Assembly (NCBI RefSeq): GCF_963921235.1 | Contig: NC_086108.1 | Location: 56,856,001-56,920,000 of the forward strand | Reading direction: 5' to 3' | Source of the DNA: Mobula hypostoma | Lineage: Eukaryota | Length of the DNA stretch: 64,000 nt | In this document: in pieces, positions 36,583 through 48,590 of the stretch | Layout: every line of letters begins with the position of its first letter | Position numbering within the stretch: position 1 is the first letter of the stretch | The notes under the pieces: generated by a model | The model's database searches: none | The model's input: the letters and a program-made list of their open reading frames with translations, nothing else | What the model was told of the DNA's origin: nothing | Program-made: the position numbers and the translations under genes

Positions 36583-37785
36583 GTAAGCCTGGACTCATTT
36601 AGCTGCTTTCTGATGAATGCAACTGAAGTTCACTGCAGAACCTGTGCTTGTGGCAGGAATAAAAGGATAATATCTGTAGGGAAACCTCTAAACTGAACTA
36701 TGCTATACATATTACAAAATCATAGATAATTGAGGGAACAGTACATAATTTTGCTGGTAGTTCCATTGCACTGAGAAACAAATCCACTCTAAAATTCTGC
36801 ACTAGCTGTAGGATTCATTCATTTAAACCCAACAGAAACCACTGACAGCTTCTAGGTGGCTCCATTGATAAAGCAAAGGAAAAAAGCAGTAATAAAAATA
36901 AGTAGCAAAACTACAAAAGAATGCAATGCCAGCAAAAAGAAAATCATGGCTCTCCTGCAGCAAAGAAAAACAAATGCAGTGCATTTGGCAAGAACAGCAA
37001 CTTAACGGTTTGGAATAAATGGCTATTTAAATTCCAGCCAGGATCAAGACTTCATGACAACTTATGAATATATTATCAATAATTCTTGAAAGCAAATAAA
37101 TTATACACACATGAATCTAGTTAAACATGAGACTGATTGCTTCCAGTTCACAACCCATTACATGAATATCTTTACCTTATGTTGATAAAATTTGCAATTA
37201 AAATCCTGAGAACAAATACTATATTTTAAAAAAAAATTAAGACTCACTCAGCAGTTCAAGATCCTTCTAATGGTCATTAACTTGTTATACACAAGTGCTC
37301 ATATCAATATTCACCAATCCCTTTTAAAATAAGGATTAATACTGAACAAAGTAACAATTCAGGTATAATTTAATCTAGCCACTAAGGAAAAGGGGTCAAA
37401 TTCAGATTTCCAAACAGAACTCCCCTCCTCCAAAATTCCAAAGCTGTACATACTTGCATTTTAAGTCATGCTAATAATGTATTTGCAAATGTGGCACAAT
37501 CAGAAAGAAGCCCCAACACTTGTAATGGTTTACATTGAATATTCTACATCTTTAAGAGAATACAGAAAATAGCAGAAATCTTCCCAATGTCAACTGAAAC
37601 CTAATTTTGGCAAGCATTTTTCCCCAATCACTTTATAGTACAAGTGTATAGCTTAAACAATCTTAGCCATACAAAAGCACATTAAGGCAACTTAACAGTG
37701 CCCTAATAAAAGGCTCATCCTATAGCAGTAAATATTTCCTCCTACAAGGCACATTGACCCTTATTGATGGCCAGCTTACACATAC

Positions 37786-37942
37786 TTCTCAGATGAAAAT
37801 TCGCCTCCATCAGCTTTTTCTTCCACAGGTCTATCAAAACGTCGGTCGCGGGGTTGTGGTCTTCTATCTGGTCTCCTCTCACCAGGTTTTCCTTCACCTT
37901 GAGAATGCTGCTGCTCAGGCTTCCTACCAATTCTCCTGACCC
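37786..37942 (-). CDS. SERBP1: SERBP1 exon 2 ([12 protein letters not shown]...[19 protein letters not shown])
   Basis: tattttag acceptor and AA|gtatgt donor; 157 nt, phase 1-2; matches human GIRRVGRRPDQQ..GEGGEFS. Confidence 0.96.
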
Positions 37943-38267
37943 CTAAAATACAAGTTTGTAAATAGTGAATCTTACAATACGGAACCTCAAAGCGATCTTC
38001 AATTCCACTAAATGATACCACATCTAAATCTCAAAACAATGCAATGCAACATTGTCATTCTTTAATAAAGTATAGCACAAGAAATGTTAACTATTTGCCA
38101 GAAAAACATTATTTTCAAACATCAGGAAGCTATTAAAGGTTGCAGAGATCTGTCTATGCTGATTCATAAAAGATAAAAGTTAACATACAATTAAAATTAA
38201 TTAGAAAGGCTGTTCACAAATTAGCCTTTATTGCAAGGGACTGCAGTATAAAATACCAATCACAATT

Positions 38268-39000
38268 AAGAGAAATCTGCAGATGCGGGAAATCCAAGCA
38301 ACACACCACAAAATGCTGGAGGAGTCAGAGTAGGGAGGTGGGAAGAGCGGAGGTAGAAATACAAGATGATAGGTGAAACCTGGAAGGAGGGGGGGTTGAA
38401 GTAAAGAGCTGGGAAGTTGATTGGTGAGAGAGATACAGGGCTGTAGAAGGTAGAAAATCTGATAGGAGAGGACAGAAGGCCATGGAAGAAAGGGGGGAGG
38501 AGCACCAGAGGGAGGAGATGGACAGATAAGGAGATATGGTGTGAGGGGGAAAATAGGAATGGGGAATGGTTGGGGATGGGAGTCGTTACCAGAAGTAGTT
38601 CAAGAAATATAATTTGTTGCTCCTCCAACCCAAGTGTGGCCTCATCACGATAGCAGAGAAACACATTCTATTCTGTCTGGGTAACCTCTAACCTGATGTC
38701 ATGAACATCAATTTCTCCAACTTCTGGTAATCCTCTCCTCCCCTGCCCCCATCCCCATTTCCCTCTCACCTCTACTCCTTACCTGCCTATCACCTCCCTC
38801 TGGTGGTCTTCCCCTTTCTTCCATGGCTTTCAGTCCTCTCCCATCAGATTACCTTGTGATTTCCCCCCTCCCCCATCTTCTTACTCTGACTCATCTTTTT
38901 TTCTCTAGTCCTGATGAAGGGTCTCTGCTCAAAGCATTGACTGTACTCTTTCCCATAGATGCTGATCGGCCTGGGTTCCTCCAGCATTTCGTGCCTGTTG
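38268..39000. mobile_element. PLE-derived inverted duplication (minus arm then plus arm); partly mutated hammerhead at 38907-38942
   Basis: Arm 38268-38650 is the reverse complement of PLE 3' sequence; arm 38660-39000 is sense; motif AGTCCTGATGAAGGGTCTCTGCTCAAAGCATTGACT. Confidence 0.8.
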
Positions 39001-39076
39001 CAGGCAAAAATTATGATTTTGGTAAAGCTACACTTATCAGAAGCACCCATTTTTATTTCTCTAGCCAATGAACACA

Positions 39077-39563
39077 CACTTAGAGGTCACTCTGTTAGGT
39101 ACATCTGCTCTTTAATGCAATTATCTCATCAACTAATCATGTGGCAGCAACTCAATGTGTAACAGCATGCAGACATGGTCAAGAGGTTCAGTTGTTGTTC
39201 AGACCAAACATCAGAATGGGGAAGTAATGTGATCTAAGTGACTTTGATCATGGAACGGTTTTTGGTGCCAGACAGGGTGGAGTATCTTAGAATCTGCTGA
39301 TCTCCTGGGATTTTCATACACAACTGTCCCTTAAATTTATAGAGAATGATGTGAAAAGAAAATTCAGTGAGTGGCAGTTCTGTGGAAGAAAACACTGTTT
39401 ATTACAGAGGTTAGAGAATGGCCAGGCCAGTTCAAACTGACAGGAAAGTGACAGTAACTCAGATAACCATGCGTTAAAGAGTTCTTTGAACACACAGCTC
39501 AAACCTCAAAGTGGGTGGCCTACAGCAGTGGAACATCACAAACACATTCAGTGGCCACTGAAT
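39077..39563 (+). mobile_element. Non-autonomous Tc1-like element (CACTCAGTGGCCACTTT TIR family)
   Basis: Degenerate TIRs at both ends; related to 51283-52876. Confidence 0.7.
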
Positions 39564-39593
39564 ATATACTTGTGCAATATCAATCCACTAGAC

Positions 39594-39669
39594 CAAAGGT
39601 TCCCAACATTTTTTTATGCTATGGGCCAATACCATTAAAGGATCTATGGACACAAATTGAGAACCACTG
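39594..39669. mobile_element. 76-bp hAT-Charlie (MER5-like) MITE
   Basis: Imperfect TIRs CAAAGGTTCCCAA and TTGAGAACCACTG; perfect 8-bp TSD CACTAGAC (39586-39593 and 39670-39677). Confidence 0.85.
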
Positions 39670-40503
39670 CACTAGACTTTCATGAAAGAAGAGATGATGA
39701 TAGCCACAAATTCACAAACTCTCAGAATGAGAAGAGATTGCATTGAAACATTTGTGATGTACACATAGGAAACTATTCTCCAGTTGGAGTCTAAAAGTAG
39801 GAAGATGCAATTTCAGAATAAATTGTTGGCTATTTATAACTGCAGTGAGTAGACTGATAACCGTTAGAATCTTCTGCTCCAGTGGATTGTTGAATTGGGT
39901 GAATATTTTTGAGAATCAATAGATAAGATCAGAAAAAAATTGGAACGACCAAACAGAATCCATCATGACAATTTATCAAATAGGTGTTCCAAGGCGTCAT
40001 TAAATTGAATAATTTAAAGGATATCACTTCAATTTCTTCAAAATTAGTTGTGTTCAATTGCTTCTTAGAACTGTATTCCAGCAGAATTAAAAAAATTAAA
40101 TCCCCAAATATCTCCACAAACTGATAAATTTGCAATACTTCACGTTCCAAGGACTCCCCAAACCACGTCAACTGCAGTTGCTACAATGTGCAAGTTCAAA
40201 GAGCAAACATAGTAACAAAGGCGTGATTTTCACTACAAAAGGAGACACTATGAAGACTGCGTGACTGCTTTGCCAAGCATCTCATTTCAGTGCTCAATGG
40301 CACCCCAGATATTTCAGTCACCTTCACTTGTGCTAGCCCAAGTGAATACTCATGCGTCTTCATTCTGGTTTGCTCTGTTGAAAATCTACATACTATTGAA
40401 CCTCAGAGAAAGGGGGTATTTACTCTTACGAGTTCATTAACAAACAGGTGATCCTCCGATTTTCTACATCAAATTGGGTGAGTTGGTAAAATAATACAGT
40501 ATA

Positions 40504-41691
40504 CTAGACAACAGGGTGACCCGTTGGGGCATCCTTTGAGAGAAGGGTAGTGCAGTCTGATGTGACCAGAATGAACATTAAATTCTCCCGAATGCTATTG
40601 GTATTGCTTTGCAAGTTGAAGAAAACCTCAGTTTATTAAAGAATGACTCGTAACAAGGCAAATATAGCTCTTCTTCGTTTAACGAAGGACACTTTTGATG
40701 GCATCATTTCTGGTTGATCTGCCACTCTTGTGCCTCTCGTTGTCATTCTGGGAACGTGCAGTCCTTTCATCCACCATCTCTTCATCTCTTCTGCTGTTTA
40801 TTCTTTGTCTCTGATATTGGAGACGTGCATTTCTCTGTTCCTTTGTCTCTTCCTCCCTCCTCCTCCTGTGCCTGTTTTTGTCATTCTGGAGACATGCAGC
40901 CCTTTCATCCCCCGTCTCTTCTGCTGTTTGTCTCTGATCCTGGAGACGTGCATTTCTCAGCTCCTTTGTCTCTTCATCTCTCCTCCTTCTATGCCAGTTG
41001 TTGTCATTTTGGACATGTGCATCCCTCTCCATCCCTCATCTTCTTTGTCCTGACTCTTCGATCCTGGAGTCGTGCGGCCCTGGCCGCTTCCTGACGACAT
41101 TTAGTGTCCCCCTTCTCTTTCCACACGACATAATTAGGCTGACCATTTTTTTTTACCCTAATGCTGGATGCTGATTATTCTGACAACGTGGTTGGCGCTG
41201 TCCTAAATGGACATGATATAGTCACCGCTGTCCTTTGACTGCAGCAAAGGGTTTAATGGGTGTCTAAAAGTACATCATTACAGTAAGATTTAATTATCTC
41301 TTATTGGTGGGTCAGTTTGATCTGTCCCAATCCTGCACATGCTGATGGTGATTAGCAGAATGTGACCGCTCGAAATAGAACTGCCCTGCCCTTTTGCTCC
41401 AGTTGGTGACGCTGCTGTGAGCATCGTGAATTGTTTCTAGGGCAGGCCGTGCGCATGCGTCGTGGTGTCACGTTGCAGTTTCCATCATGGCTCACAGCGG
41501 CTCTCGTGAAAACTGGGCTGTTGATTTTGGCAAGTGAGCAATTTTATACGAATATATAACCCTGAACTTTGCCTGCATTCTGTAAGTTAGCGCATTTTAA
41601 GTCGATTTAGCCCAAAATAGTGCTGCTGTAATGCACCGTTTGCACTAACTGGGCGTCACAAACAAACAGCATGAAAGTTTTAGTATATAGA
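40504..41691 (-). mobile_element. Non-autonomous Helitron with both termini intact
   Basis: Minus strand: A|TCTATATACTAAAAC 5' end, sub-terminal hairpin TGCCCC-AAC-GGGTCA, CTAG|T 3' end; AT target with no TSD. Internal charged-repeat ORF (40679-41032) resembles RepHel N-terminal repeats. Confidence 0.87.
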
Positions 41692-41867
41692 TTACACCTG
41701 AGGAAAGTTAAGTGTAGTAATTAAAAGAGGGTGAAGATTTTTACAGCCTCAATTTTGGTTTTTAATTTTTCGTAAACTGTTGACTGGTTTTGAAATGTTT
41801 CTTTTGATTTGATATGATGCATTATGTTTCGTAGATCAGCTAAAAAAATAATTTACTTCAATCCATT

Positions 41868-42097
41868 ACAAAAAAGAGAAAATGTGCTGATTCTGGAAAT
41901 CCAAGCAACACACACAAAATGTTGGAGGAACTTAGCAGGCCAGGCAGCATCCTTGGAAAAGAAATCCACAAAATCCACATTTCCAGCCAAGAGCCTTCAG
42001 TCTCCAGTCCTGATGAAGGGTCTCAGCATGAAACATCAACTGTACTCTTCTCCCTAGATGCCACCAGGACTGTGTTCTTCCAGCATTTTGTGTGTTG
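41868..42097. mobile_element. PLE-derived fold-back element with 16-bp TSD and hammerhead core at 42006-42041
   Basis: TSD TTTACTTCAATmCATT (41852-41867 and 42098-42113); motif AGTCCTGATGAAGGGTCTCAGCATGAAACATCAACT keeps the core but stem II is mutated. Confidence 0.87.
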
Positions 42098-42714
42098 TTT
42101 ACTTCAATACATTTTAAAATTTGAAAATGAGACAGTAAAATGTGAAAATAGATGTGGAGTCTGAACACTTTATTCAAGATACTGTATTTTGCTCAGACTG
42201 CAAAGTGGATGTGAACAATTATAAATACTCAGCCCTTTGGATTGACCATTTTCAACTGTTTCAGTGATCTTCATTTGATAAAAATCCTGCAACTTATCTT
42301 CAGTTCTCATCTTCCAGAGCAATTAGGATGAATTATAAGGTGGTCTTTCCAACGATGCCCACAACCCAAATATTTTTTGCACTTTATTCTATTCAGACCT
42401 CTTCAGTCTGTGTCTGCATGCAGCAAAACCTTGAACATTTAATCAACAAATCAGATTTGATTAAATGGCAAGCAAACTTTAGCAAGAATCCAACAACCTT
42501 CAACGTATTCTGAGATAGTTACAAAATTGATCACATGCACTTGTGTCACTATTAACAATAAATCAGTGAATCTACAATAAGCAACTGACTTTTCCCCTTT
42601 TAATATACCAAGATCCTGATTCAGAAGGTCCATGCACAATCTTCACTTACCCAATTGAGTAGAGCTCTAAAACCCAAGTACACAATACTCACTCCCTTAC
42701 ACAACGATATAGAC

Positions 42715-43566
42715 TAGTGGTCGCCAACCAATCGATTGCAATCAACCGGCTGATCTTTGAGACTTTCCCAGTAGATCCCGAAAAAAAAAAAGAAAAATGT
42801 GCACCAGGCAGAAAAGACCGGAAGCAAAACCCCGCAACCCCAGAAACGACCTCTCCCCACAAACAGTTCTCCGCAGCGGGAGCACCGCTACATCACCATT
42901 ATCCTAATCGGCATCAACCTATCTTTATAATGCTCACATTACAACACTTCTCCCCCTTTAAATTTCAACATTCCCCAAATGTAAAAGAACTGGGAAACAA
43001 AAAACAGTGGTGTCATTAGCTTGCATACCTCTGAAACTTACACTAGTGTCTCAGTAACAGTTTACCAATACAAAACACCTGAAAAACGTGGCATATTCAA
43101 CATTCAATCAACGGTCTATTCAAATGAAAATTATTAAATCTAAGTACAGGAGCTGTCTTACTGACAGACACCTCACAGACGGTCTCAAACTGGCTGTCTG
43201 TAGTTATGAGCCAAATTTCAGGGAACTAACAGAAAGTATTCAGCCCCAGTCATCACACTGAGTGCAACAGTCAATTTTTATTCATTTATTTTTCGTGTTG
43301 AAATAAAATTAAATAATGAAACATAGAATTAAAGGTGTTCTAATGTGAGCATTATAAAAATAAGTAATACCATTTAAGATAATGGTAACATAGCAACACT
43401 CCCGCTACGGAAAGCAGCCTACAAAGGGAGACTGCTTCCGGGGCTGTGGGCTCCACTTCCGGTCCTTTCTGCCCAAGTGTGTGTCTAAACGATTTAGTAG
43501 GTCGATCTTGCCTTTCACTAGGCCCAGGTAGAGGATCTTGGGGTTTAAAAAGGTTGGCGACCACTA
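42715..43566 (+). mobile_element. Non-autonomous hAT (Charlie/SPIN-like) transposon
   Basis: Perfect 15-bp TIR TAGTGGTCGCCAACC; perfect 8-bp TSD ATATAGAC (42707-42714 and 43567-43574); transposase C-terminal remnant KYRSCLTDRHL..LKLAV..YEPNF..QPQSSH*. Confidence 0.93.
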
Positions 43567-43744
43567 ATATAGACCCATTGGTTTTGCTAAATAACAGGTA
43601 AAGCATAGCTTGCAGTATCCATTGAATGCAGTGCAGACTTCTACTAGGGAGTGTTTTTTTAAAAAATGTTATTTCAAATATTTTTCAATTTATTAGTAAG
43701 TAGTACAAAAGCAGCCCAACAGAACCCTTCCGAACTGCCAGGGG

Positions 43745-46690
43745 AACAGAAAGGAGTTTCTGTAGACGGGAATGAGATTCCCAGATTCCCAGTTGCCTCC
43801 CGGGTGCCAGGGTCCAGGACATCTTCAATCGAGCCCTTAGCACTCTTAAGTGGGCGGGTGAGCAGCCGGAAGTCATGGTCCATGTAGGTACAAATAACAA
43901 AGGTAGAAAGAGTGACAAGGTTCTACAAAGTGAGCTCAGGGAGTTAAGTGCTGAGTTAAAGGACATTAAAGATCATAAGAGTGTGGAACGAACTATCAAC
44001 ACAAATGGTGCATGCAAGCTCAATGTTTTAAGAGAAATTTGGATAGGTATATGGATGGTAGAGGAATAGTGGTGTGCAGGGTCAATGGGAGTAGGCAGCT
44101 TAAATGGTTTGGCACAGACTAGATGAGCCAAAGAGCCCGTCTCTGTGCTGTACCTCTCTATGACTATAATAGAATCTCCAGGGTTGTCCCGTACAGAAGT
44201 GATAGTTAGCAGCTGACCTGGAGGGGGTCTAATATCTTAGTGGGAAGATTTGCTGGTGCTGCATGGGGTGGGGGGGGGTTTAAACTACTGTTTCAGGGGT
44301 ATTAGAACCAGAGTGTCAGAACAGATAGTGGACAGGTTGTGGAGACAGATGTTAGACCTCAAAGTCAGGATGTAAAAACTTGAGCATGGAGCAACTAATG
44401 TTCTGAGCTGTGTCTATTTCGAAGTAAGTAGTATTGTAGGCAGATAAGCTCAGAGGATGATGATATTGTAGCCGTTAGTGAGACAGTTGCAGGAGGGATT
44501 AAAGGGGGAGGGGTGGTGCACTAGTCAGGGAAAATGTCACAGCAGTGTTCAATCAGGATAGACTAGAGAACTCGTCTAGTGAGGCTTTTCGGGTGGAACT
44601 GAGGATTGGGAAATAAGAAGGGTATGACTATGTTAATGGGGCTATATTATAGACCACCCAACAATGCATTCGATTTAGTGGAATAAACTTTTAGAGATCG
44701 TGGATTACTGCAAGAAACAAGGTTTTTAATAGGTGATTTTAATTTTCCATATATTGACTGGGACTCCCATACTGTAAAAGGACTATTTGGGATAGTTCGT
44801 CAAATGTGGTCAGGGAAGGTGTACGTGTCAGGTAGAAGGCCCACTTAAAGTAAAGATAACAGGTTTAAGAAAACTTGGTTTTCAAGAGTAGTTGAGGCCC
44901 TGGTTAAGGAAAAGGAGGTGCATCACAAGTTTAGGCAGACAGAACAAATGAGGTGCTTATGGAGTACAAGAAATACAAGAGAATACTTAAGAATTCAGGA
45001 GGAGTAAAAAGGCAAGAGGTTGCCCTAACAGATGGGATGTAAGAGAATTCCAAGGCGTTCTACAGGTATATTAAGAACAAAAGGATTGCAAGGGGAAAAA
45101 ACTGGCCCTCTGGGAGATCAAAATGGAGCCCGGATCTTAAGTGGATATTTCTGTATTTGTATTTACTCAGGAAACAGACACAGTGTCTACTGAAGTGAGG
45201 CAAAGTATCAGCAAGGTCATGGACCCTATACATATTACAGAGGAGACTTGAGAAAAGTTAGTGTGGATAAATCTCCAGGGCCTGACAAGGTGTTCACTCG
45301 GACCTTATGGGAGGCAAGTGCAGAAATTGCAGGGGCCCTAACAGACACTTAAATCATCCTTAGCGACAGGTGAGGTACCAGAGAATTGGAAGATAGCTAA
45401 TTGTTGTTCCACTGTTTAAGAAAGACCAAGAATAAACCAGGAAATGATAGGCTCATGAGCCTGATATCAGCAGTGGTGAAGTTTCTTGAAGGTTTTCTAC
45501 AGGTCCAGATAAATGAGCAACTGGAATGACAGGGACTGATCAGGGATAGTCAGCATGGCTTTGTGCATGCTAGGTCTAAGAAGTTATCCAGGAAGTCAAT
45601 GAAGTGAAGGCAGCAGATGTTGTCTACTAAAGTCCTGCATGGGAGGTTGGTCAGGAAGGTTCAGTTGCTTGGCATTCAAGATGAGGTAGTAAACTGGATT
45701 ATACCTTGGCTTTGTGGGAGAAGCCAGCCAGCAGTAGCAGATGGTAGTCTTTCTGGGGGCCTGTGACCAGTGGAGCGCCACAAGGATCAGTGCTATGCAC
45801 AATGCTTTTTTGTTGGATCAGCAAGTTTTCATAAGATTGGTTAGACTATTATGGCTTGCAGAGGGATCTGTTTCAGTTGGAAAAATGAGCTGAAAAATGG
45901 CTCATGGAATTTAATGCAGACAAGTGCAAGGTGTTCCACTTTGGGAGGACCAACCAGGGTAAGTCTTACACAGTGAAGGGTAGGGCACCGAGGAGTGCAG
46001 TAGAACAAAGGGATTTGGGAATACAGGTTCATAATTCATCACAAGTAGTGTCACAGATGGATAGGGTGCTAAAGAAAGTTTTTGGCACATTGGCCTTCAT
46101 AAATCAAAGTATTTAGTACAGGTGAGGAGCTATTATGTTGGAAGTTATTTATGACATTGGTGAGGCCTAATTTAGAGCATGTGTGCCGTTTTGGTCACCT
46201 ACCTTATAGGAAAGATGGAATTAAGGTTGAAAAGACTACAGAGAAAATTTACAAGGATGTTGCCAGAAATGGAGAACCTGAGTTACAAGGAAAGATTGAA
46301 TAGGTTTCGACTTTATTCCTTGGAACACAGAAGACTGAGGGGAGATTTGACAGAGGTATACAAAATTATGACGGGTGTTGATAGGGTAGATGCAAGCAAG
46401 CTTTTTCCCACTGAGGTTGGATGGGATTACAACTAGAGATCATGGGTTAAAGGCGAAATGTTTAAGAGGAACATGAGGGGAACTTCACTCAGGGTGGAGC
46501 AAGCTGCCAACACAAGTGGTGCACGCGAACTCAATTTTAATGTTTAAGAGAATTTTGGATGGGAGGGATATATATGCAGGGCTGTGGTCTAGGTGCAGGT
46601 CATTACGACTACTCAGTTTAAAACAGTTTGGCATAAACTAGGTGGGCCAAATGGCCTGTTCCTATGCTGTACTTTTCCGACTCTATGACC
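43745..46690 (+). mobile_element. Old, heavily degraded CR1 LINE (ORF1 esterase to 3' tail) with a nested short CR1 3' piece near 43975-44165
   Basis: CLPGARVQD..VMVHVGTNN (ORF1), DKSPGPD, MEFNADKCKVFHFG and LRGDLTEVYKIM remnants; tail ACTCTATGAC. Confidence 0.87.
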
Positions 46691-47324
46691 CCACAACATC
46701 TGCCATTCCAACTCGTAACTTAATTAACCCTAGTTAGCTGAAGCTATTGCCGACTCAACTTCTATCTACAAATTTATGGGTTCTACTAAAACACAGGACA
46801 TTCTAATAGCATTAAATTATATCTTTAAAAAAAAACTTATTCTTGTTTCTTCTTGGGGATAAATAAGGCAATTTGCATATGAAAACACTAAACATTGGCA
46901 TACATCTGTTGAAAAAAATGAATTAACAAGAGGGCCAATGCCAATATTGTATTGTGAGAAAAAAAGTATTGTAAAAAAAATTGTATTGTAGCAAAAATAA
47001 AAGAAAAAATAGCAAGGCTGATTGGTTTAGTGGATAGTAGGTTTCCCAGGGCTAGATCAAGTATAGAATAAACATTTTAAGGAGTGAGCTTTTAAGAGTG
47101 GATAAATCTTCAGGCCATGAAGTATATCTGGGAACCTACAAAGGAAATTGGATAGTTTCCAACAATAACTTTTCAATCCCCTGTGGCCACAGTAGGGGAA
47201 CTAAACATTTTTTTTCCAAGTAGTGATAAACGAAATTATAAACCAGTTTACTTCAGTGTTGGACAAATCTTAGTAACCCATTAAGGAATAGAATAAACCT
47301 TCATTTGGATGGTACTAACTGGAG

Positions 47325-47580
47325 GCAGTAAGTGGGTGCACGATAGCACAGCAGTTAGCCGGACTCCATTATGGCCTGTGGTGGAGTTCAATTCCGACAA
47401 TCATTTGTATGGAGACGATATGCCCCCCACATGGAACTCAGTGCTTCGGTTTCCTCTCAGTCTAAAGGTGTACCAGGTGGTCATTGTAAATTGTCCCATA
47501 ATTAGGCCAGGGTTGAATCAGGGGCTGTTGTTGGGCAGTGCAGTTTGAATGGGCCTACTCCATACTGTATCTAAAATAAA
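47325..47580 (+). mobile_element. tRNA-derived SINE (degenerate)
   Basis: A-box-like GATAGCACAGCAGTTAG, B-box GGAGTTCAATTCC, CR1-like tail GGGCCTACTCCATACTGTATCTAAAATAAA. Confidence 0.65.
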
Positions 47581-47811
47581 GCAGATTTGTTGAGAGAAAA
47601 TTGCACCTGCCTTATTCAACTGAATAATTGTAAACACTTTACAAGAAGCTCTGATAGAGCAGTGTGTTTGATGTCGTCTTTCGTGTATATCAGTATAGCT
47701 TTTGAAGTCCCGCACTACATGTTGATCAAAAAAGGGGGGGGAACCCCTCAGGACCTGTGGCAGAATGGTTAAAAAAAACCCAAAACTGCATCCTGACATA
47801 AACAAGATTTT

Positions 47812-48590
47812 TCTTCTGGTTTAAGATGGCACTACTGGTAGTTCAAGAGCAAAAAAACTTCACTGAAAACTTTACTAGTAACATTTTTTGTAGTAAATTA
47901 TCACTGCAAGTAATGAAAAGGCAAGTGAAGGCGAAGCAAATTCGAGAGATGAGGTCTGCTGGTGCACTGCAGAATTGACGCAGATGGCACGAGCAAAGTT
48001 AGAGAGAAGTCGAGGCAGAGGAGTATCAATACCCATCCAACAAATCCAGTGCAAGATTTGGAGAATGGCTTCATCGGCAGCGAAATCTAGGCCTGAAGCC
48101 AATCGCTTGGCGGGAAGCAATTCACCGCTGCAGAGCCCAGGTCCTAATGTGAGGTACGAGTCAGTTTTAACGCTGCCCCAGATAGACTTGGGGGGGGGGG
48201 GGGTTGTCGAGAGTCAGGCTGATTTTGCTGGCTCCCCCGCGATATTCACTCCTCTCTCCGCGACACTGAGCCTGAGACAGCTCCTGGCTGCTGTGCTTCA
48301 CGTCTGTGAACTTTGCAGTGTTTTGCCCCAGTAATATGATAAACTTTGGGCCTACTCCAGGCAGCTCTGGGAATTTGGATCCAGGGTCTCGATTCACAAT
48401 GCTGTTGTTGCTGCTCACTTCTATTGTTTGCATGATTGTGTTTTTTTCCTCTTCCTCTGCACACTGAAGGTTGGACTTTAAAATTGGGTTCTTTTGGGCT
48501 TCTTGCTTTGCAGCTGCCTGTAAGCAGACAAATCTCAAGGTCGTATAATTTATACATTCTTCACTAATAAATGTACACTGAATCTTTGTA
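47812..48590 (+). mobile_element. Non-autonomous retroposon-like repeat
   Basis: Starts with AAGATGGC; 3' end TATACATTCTTCACTAATAAATGTAC resembles the tail of the 34972/56903 repeats. Confidence 0.5.

Noticed and set aside
40679..41094. Overlapping repeat ORFs as a novel host protein or a CRISPR-like array
   Set aside because: They are coding-type tandem repeats inside the Helitron, with no unique spacers; the plus-strand ORFs are shadows.
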